Below the pieces are notes generated by a model, which had not been told where the DNA came from, ran no database searches, and was given only the letters and a program-made list of their open reading frames with translations. A stretch of DNA of 64,000 nucleotides from NCBI GenBank assembly GCA_040754455.1, contig JBFMCP010000004.1:38919-102918 (forward strand), read 5' to 3'. The position numbers and the translations under genes are program-made. Shown here piece after piece: positions 1 through 10,849 of the stretch (positions are counted from its first letter, which is position 1; every line of letters starts with the position of its first letter). Source of the DNA: Nitrospirota bacterium. GTDB taxonomy: Bacteria > Nitrospirota > Thermodesulfovibrionia > Thermodesulfovibrionales > Dissulfurispiraceae.

Positions 1-1346
1 ATATCAGAGGTCGATATAGTCCTCGAGGGAATTTTTGCGATCTTTGCTACAACCTTTTCGACATCGGCAACGCCGACGGTCTTCTTGGCCTTGTACGCGG
101 AAGAGAGCTTCAGCACCGCCCCTGCTTCATCGATCACATCAATCGCCTTATCGGGAAGGTAGCGGTCGTTGATGTACTTGGCGGAGAGCTCTGCTGCCGC
201 CCGCAGTGCCCCTCTGGTGTAGGTGACGCCGTGGAAGTCCTCATAGTAATCCTTCAATCCGTCGAGAATATGCACGGTCTCCTCAACGTCCGGCTCCTGA
301 ATCTCGATCTTCTGGAACCTCCTCGAGAGTGCACGGTCTTTTTCGAAGTGGTTCTTGTATTCTTCATAGGTCGTTGCGCCGATGCAGCGCAGTCTGCCCG
401 AGTTCAGCAGGGGCTTCAGTATGTTCGATGCATCCATGGAGCTGCCGCTCGTTGCGCCGGCGCCGACGACCGTATGGATTTCGTCGATGAAGAGGATGGC
501 GTTCTTGATCTTTTCAATGCCCTTCATCGCCGCCTTCAGGCGAGCTTCGAAATCGCCCCGGTATTTTGTCCCGGCGAGCAGGGCCCCCATATCGAGAGAG
601 AATATCTTTACTGACTTGAGTGCATCGGGCACGTTCCCTTCGTGAATTCTTAAAGCAAGGCCTTCGACAATGGCGGTCTTGCCCACACCGGGCTCGCCGA
701 CGAAGATGATATTGTTCTTTCTCCGTCTGCTCAACACCTGAATAGTCCTTTTGAGCTCCATATCGCGCCCGACAAGGGGATCGATCTCTCCGCACGCTGC
801 CTTTTCGACCAGCTCGACGGTGAATTGTTTCAGAGGATCTCTGCTCGGCGCTCCCCCCTGGCCGGGACGGGGTGCATCCTCCCTATCCTCGTCTTCCGAA
901 ATCGGTTCCTCGGGCATTATTGAGGCGCCGTGGGAAATATAATTGAGAATATCCAACCGTGAAATACCTTCTGACTCGAGGAAGTAGGCGGCGTGGGAGT
1001 CATCTTCGAGAAGAAGGCTCGCCAGGATATCGCCGGCATCGACCTCCTCTTTCCCTGCGGACCTGATGTGGTGGAGCGCCCTCTGGATCACCCGCTGAAA
1101 GCCGACCGTGGTGCGTGGATAGGTATCGGTTTTTTTCGGCAGTTTGGGGACTTTTTCCTGAAAGAACTGTTCAAGCAGGGACTTGAGCCGCGCCACATCC
1201 CCTCCGCAGCCGGTAATGATCTCGGCACCCCATTCGTCATGGAGCAGCGCGAGCAGGAGGTGCTCGATTGTCAGGTACTCATGCCGTCTGCTTTCCGCAT
1301 CCCGTATGGTTGCCTCGATGGACAGTTCCAGTTCTTTATTGATCAT
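1..1346 (-). CDS. clpA: ATP-dependent Clp protease ATP-binding subunit ClpA (N-terminal ~448 codons; 3' end runs off the window)
   Basis: Own minus-strand translation from ATG at 1346: [37 protein letters not shown]..., Walker [10 protein letters not shown], ...[16 protein letters not shown] at window edge. Absent from ORF track because there is no stop in the window. ATGA overlap with the clpS stop. Confidence 0.9.
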   Translation of the reverse strand, partial: MINKELELSIEATIRDAESRRHEYLTIEHLLLALLHDEWGAEIITGCGGDVARLKSLLEQFFQEKVPKLPKKTDTYPRTTVGFQRVIQRALHHIRSAGKEEVDAGDILASLLLEDDSHAAYFLESEGISRLDILNYISHGASIMPEEPISEDEDREDAPRPGQGGAPSRDPLKQFTVELVEKAACGEIDPLVGRDMELKRTIQVLSRRRKNNIIFVGEPGVGKTAIVEGLALRIHEGNVPDALKSVKIFSLDMGALLAGTKYRGDFEARLKAAMKGIEKIKNAILFIDEIHTVVGAGATSGSSMDASNILKPLLNSGRLRCIGATTYEEYKNHFEKDRALSRRFQKIEIQEPDVEETVHILDGLKDYYEDFHGVTYTRGALRAAAELSAKYINDRYLPDKAIDVIDEAGAVLKLSSAYKAKKTVGVADVEKVVAKIAKIPSRTISTSD

Positions 1347-1684
1347 TCTTTCTCCATTATGCATTTGAGCGGAAACTGGTTCTTCCGCGCGAGGTCATGC
1401 ACTGCGGCGACCTTTGTTTCCGCAATGTCCCTGGTATAAACACCGGCGACCCCCCTGCCGTTCTTGTGGACATGGAGCATGATCTGCGTTGCCTCGGGAG
1501 GCGATTTGTGGAACACCTTCTCGAGGACCAGCACGACGAAGTCCATGGTCGTGTAATCGTCATTCAGAAGAACGACCTTGTAGAGGCGCGGTGTTGTCGC
1601 CTTTTTGCGGGTTTTTACTTCGAGCTCTTCTTCGAATTCGTGGAGATGGTCAGCCATGTCGATTCGCCCTGTTTGTTGCGGCAA
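1343..1684 (-). CDS. clpS: ClpS, ATP-dependent Clp protease adaptor
   Basis: 113-aa ORF with [30 protein letters not shown]...[20 protein letters not shown], typical ClpS core. Lies directly upstream of clpA. The start could instead be the internal Met at 1657. Confidence 0.9.
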   Translation of the reverse strand: MPQQTGRIDMADHLHEFEEELEVKTRKKATTPRLYKVVLLNDDYTTMDFVVLVLEKVFHKSPPEATQIMLHVHKNGRGVAGVYTRDIAETKVAAVHDLARKNQFPLKCIMEKE

Positions 1685-1703
1685 AAATACCGGTTATCAG
1701 AAC

Positions 1704-1907
1704 CTATTTGCAGGAACTGCATGCCCCTGAGCTGCAGGATGAGCATCCTGAAGAGGAGGACTTCTCCACTCCGCTCATGCCGAATACCGAGAACTTTTTC
1801 TCGATATGCTCCGAGGCGCATTTGATACAGGTCACCTTCTGGTTGCCGAACACGAGCTTTTCGAATTCCTGCCCGCACCGGGTGCACTTATATTCATAAA
1901 TCGGCAT
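1704..1907 (-). CDS. FmdB-family zinc-ribbon putative regulatory protein (CxxC_CxxC_SSSS type)
   Basis: [16 protein letters not shown]...VTCIKC plus a Ser/Cys-rich tail [18 protein letters not shown]. Confidence 0.8.
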   Translation of the reverse strand: MPIYEYKCTRCGQEFEKLVFGNQKVTCIKCASEHIEKKFSVFGMSGVEKSSSSGCSSCSSGACSSCK

Positions 1908-2077
1908 ATGCTATCACCTTCTATGGTCGTGGAACATTGCTCAATAAACCTTTATTTTAGTATAACATAGTGCTTGCATTATTAGAGCAAATCCTTTAAG
2001 GTAAAAATAGCGTCAGGAAGGGGCAGAAGAATCACTGTACCTGCAGCGATTCACGAAACGAGCAACAGGAGGAGCTA

Positions 2078-2314
2078 ATGGGAATAAGCAAGGGTCAAAG
2101 CCTTCAGGACAATTTTTTGAACCAGTTGAGAAAAGACAGAATACCGGTCATCATCTATCTTACCAACGGGGTGCGTCTGAAGGGTGTCGTCAAGGGTTTT
2201 GACAATTTTGTTATCCTGATCAAGGAATCAAACGAGCAGCTTATCTACAAACACGCCGTTTCCACGATCGTTCCTGAAAAGCCCGTCGATCTGAGAGTCG
2301 AAAACAGCGATTGA
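2078..2314 (+). CDS. hfq: RNA chaperone Hfq
   Basis: 78 aa; [39 protein letters not shown]...[13 protein letters not shown] (Sm1/Sm2 motifs). GGAGG RBS upstream. Confidence 0.95.
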   Translation: MGISKGQSLQDNFLNQLRKDRIPVIIYLTNGVRLKGVVKGFDNFVILIKESNEQLIYKHAVSTIVPEKPVDLRVENSD

Positions 2315-2712
2315 TGCAGGCCTTTAGAAATCCCATCCCAACTGTTGATATAATCATCGAATACAGAAACGGCATTGTCCTGGTGAAGCGCAAGAACCCT
2401 CCGTTCGGGTGGGCCATCCCCGGAGGGTTCGTTGATTACGGAGAAAGCCTCGAAAGGGCGGCGGTACGGGAGGCACGAGAGGAAACCGGGCTGGAGGTGA
2501 AGCTTACCAGGCAGATGCATACCTATTCCGATCCCGGAAGGGACGAACGATTCCACACCATTACGACGGTGTATATCGCAACGGGAGAGGGAGAAGCGAA
2601 CGCAGGAGATGATGCAAAGGAAGTCGGTGTCTTTCAGAAGGATACGCTTCCGGAAGACATTGTCTTTGACCATAAGGATATTCTCAACGATTACTTTACC
2701 GGGAGGTATTGA
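2311..2712 (+). CDS. NUDIX hydrolase
   Basis: Nudix box [24 protein letters not shown]. 4-nt overlap with the hfq stop. Confidence 0.85.
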   Translation: MMQAFRNPIPTVDIIIEYRNGIVLVKRKNPPFGWAIPGGFVDYGESLERAAVREAREETGLEVKLTRQMHTYSDPGRDERFHTITTVYIATGEGEANAGDDAKEVGVFQKDTLPEDIVFDHKDILNDYFTGRY

Positions 2713-2715
2713 CTC

Positions 2716-3381
2716 ATGCTGCAGTCCATGAGAAAACATGCAAAGTTTTTCTACTTTTTATTTTTTATCGTGATCCTTTCCTTTGTCTTCTGGGGGGTGG
2801 GAACGCAGGACCGGCAGACCACGGTCAGCGTTGCCGAGATAGGCAAGGAGAAGATTACTGCCGAAGAATACTGGAGAACCTACGAGCGCATGCGGGAAAT
2901 GTACCGGGAGATGTACAAGGGGCAGCTCACCGAGGAAGTGGAGAAGAATATGAAGCTCAAGGAAACCGTGCTCAACGGCCTTGTAGAGGAGAAGGTGCTG
3001 CTCGTGGCAGCGCGGGACATCGGCATGACCGTGACCGACAGGGAACTCCAGGATGTGATATCGAACGATCCTCGTTTCATGAGGGACGGCATCTTCAGAC
3101 AGGATGTCTACTTCAAGGCGCTTGAGCTTTCGAGAATTACTCCCGAGGCTTTTGAGAATTCACTGCGGGAACAGCTTCTGGCAGGAAAGATGCGGAGGCT
3201 TATCTGGGCTTCTGTTGAGGTGGGTCCCGCTGATCTCAAAAATATGCCGGCAGACGAGAAGCAGGCGGCTGCGATAATGCAGACCATGCTCATGAGCAAA
3301 AGGAACGAGGCGGTAAAATCCTATGTCGACGGGTTGAAACAGCGGATGAACGTGAAAGTAAACATTGATATTATTTCGTAA
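2716..3381 (+). CDS. PpiD/SurA N-terminal-domain-like periplasmic chaperone (no PPIase domain seen)
   Basis: N-terminal membrane anchor KFFYFLFFIVILSFVFWGV, then a helical region (ITAEEYWRTYERMREMY...) resembling the PpiD/SurA_N chaperone module. Confidence 0.55.
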   Translation: MLQSMRKHAKFFYFLFFIVILSFVFWGVGTQDRQTTVSVAEIGKEKITAEEYWRTYERMREMYREMYKGQLTEEVEKNMKLKETVLNGLVEEKVLLVAARDIGMTVTDRELQDVISNDPRFMRDGIFRQDVYFKALELSRITPEAFENSLREQLLAGKMRRLIWASVEVGPADLKNMPADEKQAAAIMQTMLMSKRNEAVKSYVDGLKQRMNVKVNIDIIS

Positions 3382-3392
3382 CCGACAACAAG

Positions 3393-3545
3393 GCAGAAAT
3401 CAGTCGGAGCGACCCTTCGCGTAGACCCGCTTCGGGAAGCCAGAATGCAGAATTCAGAATAACGTATTTTAAAGGGTTTGTGAATATTTGCCGTTATTCT
3501 GACTCCTGAATTCTGGCTTCTGTATTCTAATATTCTGACTTCTTG
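3393..3545. repeat. Composite palindromic intergenic element (CAGAAT-type arms plus conserved CCTTCGCGNAGACCCGCTTCGGGAA core)
   Basis: Arm 3436-3464 gaagccagaatgcagaattcagaataacg pairs imperfectly with 3492-3520 cgttattctgactcctgaattctggcttc. The core and flanks recur in inverted orientation at 40465-40553. Confidence 0.7.
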
Positions 3546-3563
3546 TTGATAAAAATGGTATAA

Positions 3564-5057
<1,494 letters not shown>

Positions 5058-5060
5058 TCA

Positions 5061-5125
5061 GATTAAGAAGAAAAGAGCAAAATTTAAAAATATGGAATTT
5101 TTTTATTTTGATTTTTAATTTAAGA
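5061..5125. repeat. AT-rich palindromic intergenic repeat, GCAAAAT family (copy 1, guaB-guaA spacer)
   Basis: aaaagagcaaaatttaaaaatatggaattt...attttgatttttaattt. Shares the AAAGAGCAAAAT-TAAAAA box with the copies at 35668, 46788 and 47670. Confidence 0.6.
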
Positions 5126-5126
5126 T

Positions 5127-6671
5127 ATGACCCACGATGAAAATAAGATATTAGTGCTCGACTTCGGATCACAGTATACCCAGCTCATTGCGAGGAGGAT
5201 ACGCGAGGGCAGGGTCTATTCCGAGATATTTCCCTTCAATGCTCCTATGGAGAAGATCAGGGCCTTTAACCCCCGGGGCATTATTCTTTCGGGAGGTCCC
5301 TCCAGTGTGTATGACGACAAAGCACCGGTGCCGGACCCGGAGGTGTTCAAGCTCGGCATACCGGTCCTCGGCATCTGCTACGGCATGCAGCTGATGGCAC
5401 ACTATCTGGGAGGAGAAGTGGCGAGGGCTACGAAGCGGGAGTACGGAAGGGCCGAGCTGCTGGTGGATGATGACTCAGACCTCCTGTGGGGTTTAACCCA
5501 AAAGACAAAGGTCTGGATGAGCCACGGCGACAGGATCGAGATACTGCCCGAAGGCTTTTCTATAGCCGGGCATACCGATAATTCGCCCATCGCTGCAATG
5601 GCAAACAGGGAAAAGAGGTTCTATGCGATACAGTTCCATCCCGAAGTTGTCCATACCGATGAGGGGACACGCATTCTGCATAACTTCGTCTACACCATCT
5701 GCGGCTGCAAGCCTACTTGGGAAATGGCCTCGTTCATCGAGTGGGCGGTTGCCGATATCCGCTCAAAAGTTGGCAATAAGAAGGTCATCTGCGCCCTGAG
5801 CGGCGGCGTCGATTCTTCGGTAGTCGCCCTGCTCATCCATAAGGCAATCGGAGATAATCTTACCTGCATCTTTGTCGACAACGGGCTGTTGAGGAAGGGC
5901 GAGGCGGAAAAGGTCAGGAGGACCTTCGAAGACCATTTCCGCATGAAGGTAATCCATGTGGATGCCCGGAAGCGCTTTCTCGACAGGCTCTCGGGGATTA
6001 CTGACCCCGAAAGGAAGCGAAAGATCATCGGCAATGAGTTTATCGTTGTCTTTGAGGAAGAAGCAAAAAAAATCAGCGATGCCGATTTCCTTGCACAGGG
6101 GACGCTCTACCCCGACGTGATCGAGAGCGTTTCGTTCAAAGGCCCCTCTGCAGTGATCAAGAGCCACCATAATGTCGGCGGCCTGCCTGAGGTGATGAAG
6201 CTCAAGCTCATCGAACCTTTGAGAGAGCTGTTTAAGGATGAAGTGAGGGTGCTGGGTGAGGAGCTCGGCCTGCCCGAAGAGATCTGCTGGAGGCATCCCT
6301 TCCCCGGACCGGGGCTCGCCATCCGGTGCATCGGAGAGATCACGTACGAAAAACTCGAGATCCTGCGAGAAGCAGATGCCATCGCCCTTGAGGAGATAAA
6401 GATAGCAGGACTCTATCGTGAGATATGGCAGGCCTTTGCTGTGATCCTTCCGGTGAGGACCGTTGGCGTTATGGGCGATGAGAGGACCTATGATCATGCG
6501 GTCGCTATCCGTGCGGTGACCAGCCTCGACGGTATGACCGCTGATTGGGCCAGAATTCCCTATGACATTATGGGAAGGATCTCCAACAGGATCATCAACG
6601 AGGTGAAAGGCGTCAACAGAGTCGTCTACGACATCACCTCAAAGCCCCCCGGAACGATTGAGTGGGAATAA
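5127..6671 (+). CDS. guaA: GMP synthase (glutamine-hydrolysing)
   Basis: 514 aa; GATase domain (ICYGMQL), ATP-PPase SGGVDSSV, C-terminal dimerisation domain ...KPPGTIEWE. Confidence 0.95.
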   Translation: MTHDENKILVLDFGSQYTQLIARRIREGRVYSEIFPFNAPMEKIRAFNPRGIILSGGPSSVYDDKAPVPDPEVFKLGIPVLGICYGMQLMAHYLGGEVARATKREYGRAELLVDDDSDLLWGLTQKTKVWMSHGDRIEILPEGFSIAGHTDNSPIAAMANREKRFYAIQFHPEVVHTDEGTRILHNFVYTICGCKPTWEMASFIEWAVADIRSKVGNKKVICALSGGVDSSVVALLIHKAIGDNLTCIFVDNGLLRKGEAEKVRRTFEDHFRMKVIHVDARKRFLDRLSGITDPERKRKIIGNEFIVVFEEEAKKISDADFLAQGTLYPDVIESVSFKGPSAVIKSHHNVGGLPEVMKLKLIEPLRELFKDEVRVLGEELGLPEEICWRHPFPGPGLAIRCIGEITYEKLEILREADAIALEEIKIAGLYREIWQAFAVILPVRTVGVMGDERTYDHAVAIRAVTSLDGMTADWARIPYDIMGRISNRIINEVKGVNRVVYDITSKPPGTIEWE

Positions 6672-6738
6672 ACGCGTTTACAGCGTTGAGCGTTATTGCG
6701 CCAAGCGTATCGGATTATGAAATCACGCTATAGCGCTG
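6672..6738. repeat. Palindromic intergenic repeat, AGCGTT family (copy 1)
   Basis: cagcgttgagcgttattgcgccaagcg ... cacgctatagcgctg. The 16-mer GTTGAGCGTTAT[T/G]GCG and the CACGCTAT box are shared with 11979-12085. Confidence 0.6.
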
Positions 6739-6748
6739 ATTGCAATTT

Positions 6749-7627
6749 ATGGATCTGAAAACTTATCTCAGAGAAAAAAAAGACCTTGTCGATTCTTTTC
6801 TGGTCGACTATTTTTCAAGTCCCCTTGCTCCCCCTAAACTCCAGGAGTCACTTGTCTACTCGCTCTCTGCAGGAGGCAAGAGGGTAAGGCCGGTACTCTG
6901 CATCGCCGCATACGAGGCGTGCGGGAAGAATGCGCAGGAAGTCGTACCTTTTGCTGCTGCCCTCGAGCTGATTCACACCTATTCCCTGATTCACGATGAT
7001 CTCCCCGCTATGGACAATGATGACCTGCGGCGCGGCAAGCCTACCAATCACAAGGTGTTCGGTGAAGGCATGGCGATTCTCGCCGGAGACGGGCTGCTGA
7101 CCGAGGCCTTCTATCTTCTGTCTTCATCTGACCGCCACCAGCCGTCAGGACTCCTCAAAGTCATTCATGAGGTCGCCAGGGCCGCGGGGATACGGGGCAT
7201 GGTCGGGGGACAGGCACAGGATCTTCTGTCTGAGAACACAGAACCTGATGCTGCGACGCTTGCCTATATCCATACGCATAAGACCGCCGCATTGATCGCT
7301 GCATCGGTAAAGATCGGCGGCATCTTGGCCTGTACCTCTGAAGCGCATCTGAATGCGCTGGCCGAGTATGGCGAGAATATAGGTCTTGCCTTCCAGGTCA
7401 TCGATGATATCCTCGATATTGAAGGCGAGACCGAAGTGATCGGCAAGCCGAAAGGTTCCGACGAGAAAAAGAAGAAAATGACGTATCCCAAGCTCTACGG
7501 CATTGAGAAGTCGAAAGAGAAGGCCAGGGAGTTGATCGATAACGCACTCAAGGCGCTCGAAGTGTTTGATGAAAAGGCCGATCCCCTCAGGGCCATTGCG
7601 CGGTATCTGCTGGAACGAAAAAATTAG
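6749..7627 (+). CDS. ispA: Farnesyl/geranyl diphosphate synthase (polyprenyl synthetase)
   Basis: FARM LIHDDLPAMDNDDLRRG and SARM FQVIDDILD motifs. ATG at 6749 preferred over the TTG at 6740. Confidence 0.9.
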   Translation: MDLKTYLREKKDLVDSFLVDYFSSPLAPPKLQESLVYSLSAGGKRVRPVLCIAAYEACGKNAQEVVPFAAALELIHTYSLIHDDLPAMDNDDLRRGKPTNHKVFGEGMAILAGDGLLTEAFYLLSSSDRHQPSGLLKVIHEVARAAGIRGMVGGQAQDLLSENTEPDAATLAYIHTHKTAALIAASVKIGGILACTSEAHLNALAEYGENIGLAFQVIDDILDIEGETEVIGKPKGSDEKKKKMTYPKLYGIEKSKEKARELIDNALKALEVFDEKADPLRAIARYLLERKN

Positions 7628-7641
7628 GATTTGTGTGGCAA

Positions 7642-7687
7642 CGGCAGGGAGGGATACGAATCGGAGCTCCCCTCCCTGCCGCTGTTT
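7642..7687 (+). terminator. GC-rich hairpin after ispA (terminator-like); arms belong to the GGGAGGG repeat flavour
   Basis: cggcagggaggg (7642-7653) / ccctccctgccg (7670-7681), 12-bp perfect stem with a 16-nt loop. It is followed by only a weak T tract (ctgttt), so terminator function is uncertain. Confidence 0.5.
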
Positions 7688-7810
7688 AACGTTGGTGCAA
7701 ATCTTCAGAAATCCTGTCTGAAAATACCGTTTCTGCTAAAAATTCAAAATTGGTTTATAATAAATAGACATTTGTTATCTCAATAAATTAATGCAGCACA
7801 TCTTTGTATC

Positions 7811-9709
7811 ATGCTTATAGAACGTATACATACGCCGCGCGACCTGAAGTCCCTCTCTCTAGAAGACCTGAAAGCCCTCGCCGAGGAATTGCGCGGTCTC
7901 ATCATCGAACGGGTCTCCATCAATGGCGGGCACCTCGCCTCGAACCTGGGCGTTGTCGAACTGACCATTGCACTTCATCGGGTCTTCAACTCTCCGACCG
8001 ACAAGATCGTTTGGGACGTGGGGCACCAATCCTATTCTCATAAACTCCTGACCGGCAGATATACGGAGTTCCCGACGATACGGCAGTATCAGGGGATATC
8101 GGGGTTCCCCCGGATCGGCGAGAGCCCGCATGACGCCTTCGGCACAGGGCACAGCTCTACTTCGATCTCCGCAGCGCTGGGCATAGCCGAGGCACGCGAG
8201 AGGCTGGGTGAGGAGTTCAAGGTGATCGCCGTCATTGGTGACGGCGCATTGACCTCGGGCCTTGCTTTCGAAGGGCTCAACCACGCCGGTCATCTGAAGA
8301 AAGATATTGTCGTTATTCTCAACGATAATGAGATGTCCATCTCCCGGAACGTGGGAGCCATGGCCACGTACCTGAGCAAAGTGCTCACCGGCACATTCTA
8401 TCAAAAGTTCAAAAAAGAGACGAAGGCCTTTCTGGAAGGTATTCCCAAATTCGGGGAATCGGTGGCCAAGATCGCCCAAAAGGCAGAGGGAAGCCTGAAG
8501 GGTTTCTTCCTTCCCGGTGGATTGTTCGAGGACCTGGGATTCAACTATCTGGGCCCTATCGATGGACACGATATCCCACTGCTTATCGAGACACTGGAGC
8601 GCATCAAAGACAACAGAGAGCCGATGCTCATACATGTTGTTACCAAAAAGGGAAAGGGATACAAGTTCTCTGAAGAGGATCCCTGCATCTATCATGGTAC
8701 CGGCCCCTTTGAGGTCGACACCGGCGTTGCAAAAGGCCACGATGCGTGTATCTCATTCAGCGATGCGTTCGGCAAAGCGCTTGTTGAGCTTGCCGCATCG
8801 GACGAACGGATTGTTGCCATCAGTGCGGCGATGAAAGAGGGGACGGGGCTCTCGGCCTTTGCCGATCTGTATCCCGACCGGTTCTATGATGTCGGCATTG
8901 CTGAACCGCATGCAGCCACCTTTGCCGCGGGGCTCGCAACGCAGGGGCTCAGGCCGGTGGTGGCGATCTACTCCAGCTTCCTCCAGAGGGCCTATGACGA
9001 GATCATTCACGATGTCTGCCTCCAGAATCTCCCGGTCATCTTCGCCATCGACAGGGCGGGGATCGTCGGAGAGGACGGTGCAACGCACCAGGGACTGTTC
9101 GATATCTCTTTCCTGCGTCATATTCCGAATCTCATGGTCATGGCGCCGAGGGATAATCATGAGTTAAAGGCAATGCTGAAAGTTGCCCTGAAGCATAAAG
9201 GCCCTTCTGCGCTTCGTTATCCGAGGGGCAAAATAAGGACGCTGCCGAATCTCGATGTGCGGCATCTGAAAATAGAGGTCGGCAGAGCAGAGGTGCTTGC
9301 GGAAGGTAATGACCTGGCGATCATTACCGTAGGCAATACTGTGTATTCCTCTCTCAAGGCTGCAGAGATGCTGAAGAGAGAGGGGATCAGCGCCTCGGTG
9401 ATCAATGCCCGTTTCCTCAAGCCGCTCGACGCTGAGCTGATCATAGCGCTGGCGAAAAAGAATAAGCGTATCATTACGGTAGAGGAAAACGTTCTCGCAG
9501 GGGGCTTTGGTTCTGCGGTGCTCGAATGCCTGAGCAGCGCGGGACTCACTGATATCGCCGTCAAGAGGATCGGTATCGATGATGCCTTTGTCGAGCACGG
9601 CAGCCAGGCCATTCTCAGAAAAAAATACGGCCTCGATGAGGAAGGAATATACCAGACCGCCCTCTCGTTTTTCCGACGGCCGCTCCACATCGTCTCTGCT
9701 GCACAATAA
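7811..9709 (+). CDS. dxs: 1-deoxy-D-xylulose-5-phosphate synthase
   Basis: 632 aa; HLASNLGVVELTIALH, GHSSTSISAALG, GDGALTSG (TPP motif); ispA-dxs-tlyA synteny. Confidence 0.95.
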   Translation: MLIERIHTPRDLKSLSLEDLKALAEELRGLIIERVSINGGHLASNLGVVELTIALHRVFNSPTDKIVWDVGHQSYSHKLLTGRYTEFPTIRQYQGISGFPRIGESPHDAFGTGHSSTSISAALGIAEARERLGEEFKVIAVIGDGALTSGLAFEGLNHAGHLKKDIVVILNDNEMSISRNVGAMATYLSKVLTGTFYQKFKKETKAFLEGIPKFGESVAKIAQKAEGSLKGFFLPGGLFEDLGFNYLGPIDGHDIPLLIETLERIKDNREPMLIHVVTKKGKGYKFSEEDPCIYHGTGPFEVDTGVAKGHDACISFSDAFGKALVELAASDERIVAISAAMKEGTGLSAFADLYPDRFYDVGIAEPHAATFAAGLATQGLRPVVAIYSSFLQRAYDEIIHDVCLQNLPVIFAIDRAGIVGEDGATHQGLFDISFLRHIPNLMVMAPRDNHELKAMLKVALKHKGPSALRYPRGKIRTLPNLDVRHLKIEVGRAEVLAEGNDLAIITVGNTVYSSLKAAEMLKREGISASVINARFLKPLDAELIIALAKKNKRIITVEENVLAGGFGSAVLECLSSAGLTDIAVKRIGIDDAFVEHGSQAILRKKYGLDEEGIYQTALSFFRRPLHIVSAAQ

Positions 9710-9791
9710 CATTTTCCTCCCCTCTTGTGATAAGGTAATTGCATAAGACTTTTGCGTTGGCCATGTTTGAAATTGGTGCAGAGGTGGTTAA

Positions 9792-9949
9792 CGGGAGGGA
9801 GGGGCACTCCGAGGAGCTTTCTCATGCGCGTTTATTTGGACTGAATCTGCCACGCTCTTCATCAAGAATAATTGTTATCACGAGTTTGCAACCTTGGTGG
9901 AAGTATAAGGAAGCGAGATTAAGCGCCTCTCCACACCTCTCCCTGCCCG
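9792..9949. repeat. Long-range imperfect inverted repeat in the dxs-tlyA spacer (GGGAGGG flavour)
   Basis: cgggagggaggggcactccgaggagc (9792-9817) versus gcgcctctccacacctctccctgcccg (9923-9949). The left arm resembles the reverse complement of the 7662-7681 arm (gggaggggagctcc). Confidence 0.45.
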
Positions 9950-9982
9950 TGCTGCATTAGTCCAGTATCCTATGAACATACT

Positions 9983-10714
9983 ATGAAAGAGCGTCTCGAT
10001 AAGGTTCTGGTTGACAGGGGCCTGGCCCCGAGCCGCGAGCGTGCGCGGGCATTGATCATGGAAGGTAAGGTGCTGGTGGGTGGCATGCCGGCGACCAAGG
10101 CAGGGTCCGTGATCGCAGCCGATGCTGCCATAGAGCTGAAAGGCGAGGATATCCCCTATGTCAGCCGCGGCGGACTCAAGCTCGAGGCTGCACTCGATCA
10201 TTTCCACATTCCGTTGCAGGACAACGTCGCTATGGATGTGGGGGCGTCCACCGGCGGCTTCACCGATTGCATGCTCCAGCGCGGCGCCCGCAAAGTCTAT
10301 TGTGTTGACGTCGGCTACGGCCAGCTTGCCTGGAAGCTGCGGCAGGACCCGCGAGTGACACTGATCGAACGGACCAATATCCGCTTTCTCGAACGGGAGA
10401 GGATACCCGACGACCTCGATATTGTCACGATCGATGTCTCTTTCATCTCTCTCGCAAAGGTTGTCCCCAAAGTCCTGGAATTTCTTAAGCCCGGAGGAGC
10501 AATCATTGCCCTTATCAAGCCGCAGTTCGAGGTGGGCAAAGGAGAGGTGGATAAAGGCGGCATTGTAAAGGATGAGACAAAACGGATGAAGGCCGTTGAG
10601 CGGGTGAAGGGCGAGCTTGAAGCCCTCGGACTCGAAACAGTTGGCGTGATACCGTCTCCTATTTTAGGACAGAAGGGGAATGTGGAATTTTTGATTTATC
10701 TGATTAAAAGATAA
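9983..10714 (+). CDS. tlyA: TlyA-family rRNA 2'-O-methyltransferase (S4 domain plus FtsJ-like MTase)
   Basis: MKERLDKVLVDRGLAPSRERARALI..., VSRGGLKLEAAL, DVGASTGGFTDCMLQRGA. Confidence 0.9.
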   Translation: MKERLDKVLVDRGLAPSRERARALIMEGKVLVGGMPATKAGSVIAADAAIELKGEDIPYVSRGGLKLEAALDHFHIPLQDNVAMDVGASTGGFTDCMLQRGARKVYCVDVGYGQLAWKLRQDPRVTLIERTNIRFLERERIPDDLDIVTIDVSFISLAKVVPKVLEFLKPGGAIIALIKPQFEVGKGEVDKGGIVKDETKRMKAVERVKGELEALGLETVGVIPSPILGQKGNVEFLIYLIKR

Positions 10715-10849
10715 AGGTAGTGCTGATTTTCAGTGTTCCTTTTTTTGATTTCAAAGATATTTGTATATTGCTCTTCTGTTTAGTATATAATATTCATTCC
10801 TGTTTTTTAGGAGTGGAGTTCATGATGATCAGGAGTTGCAGAGCGAGTA

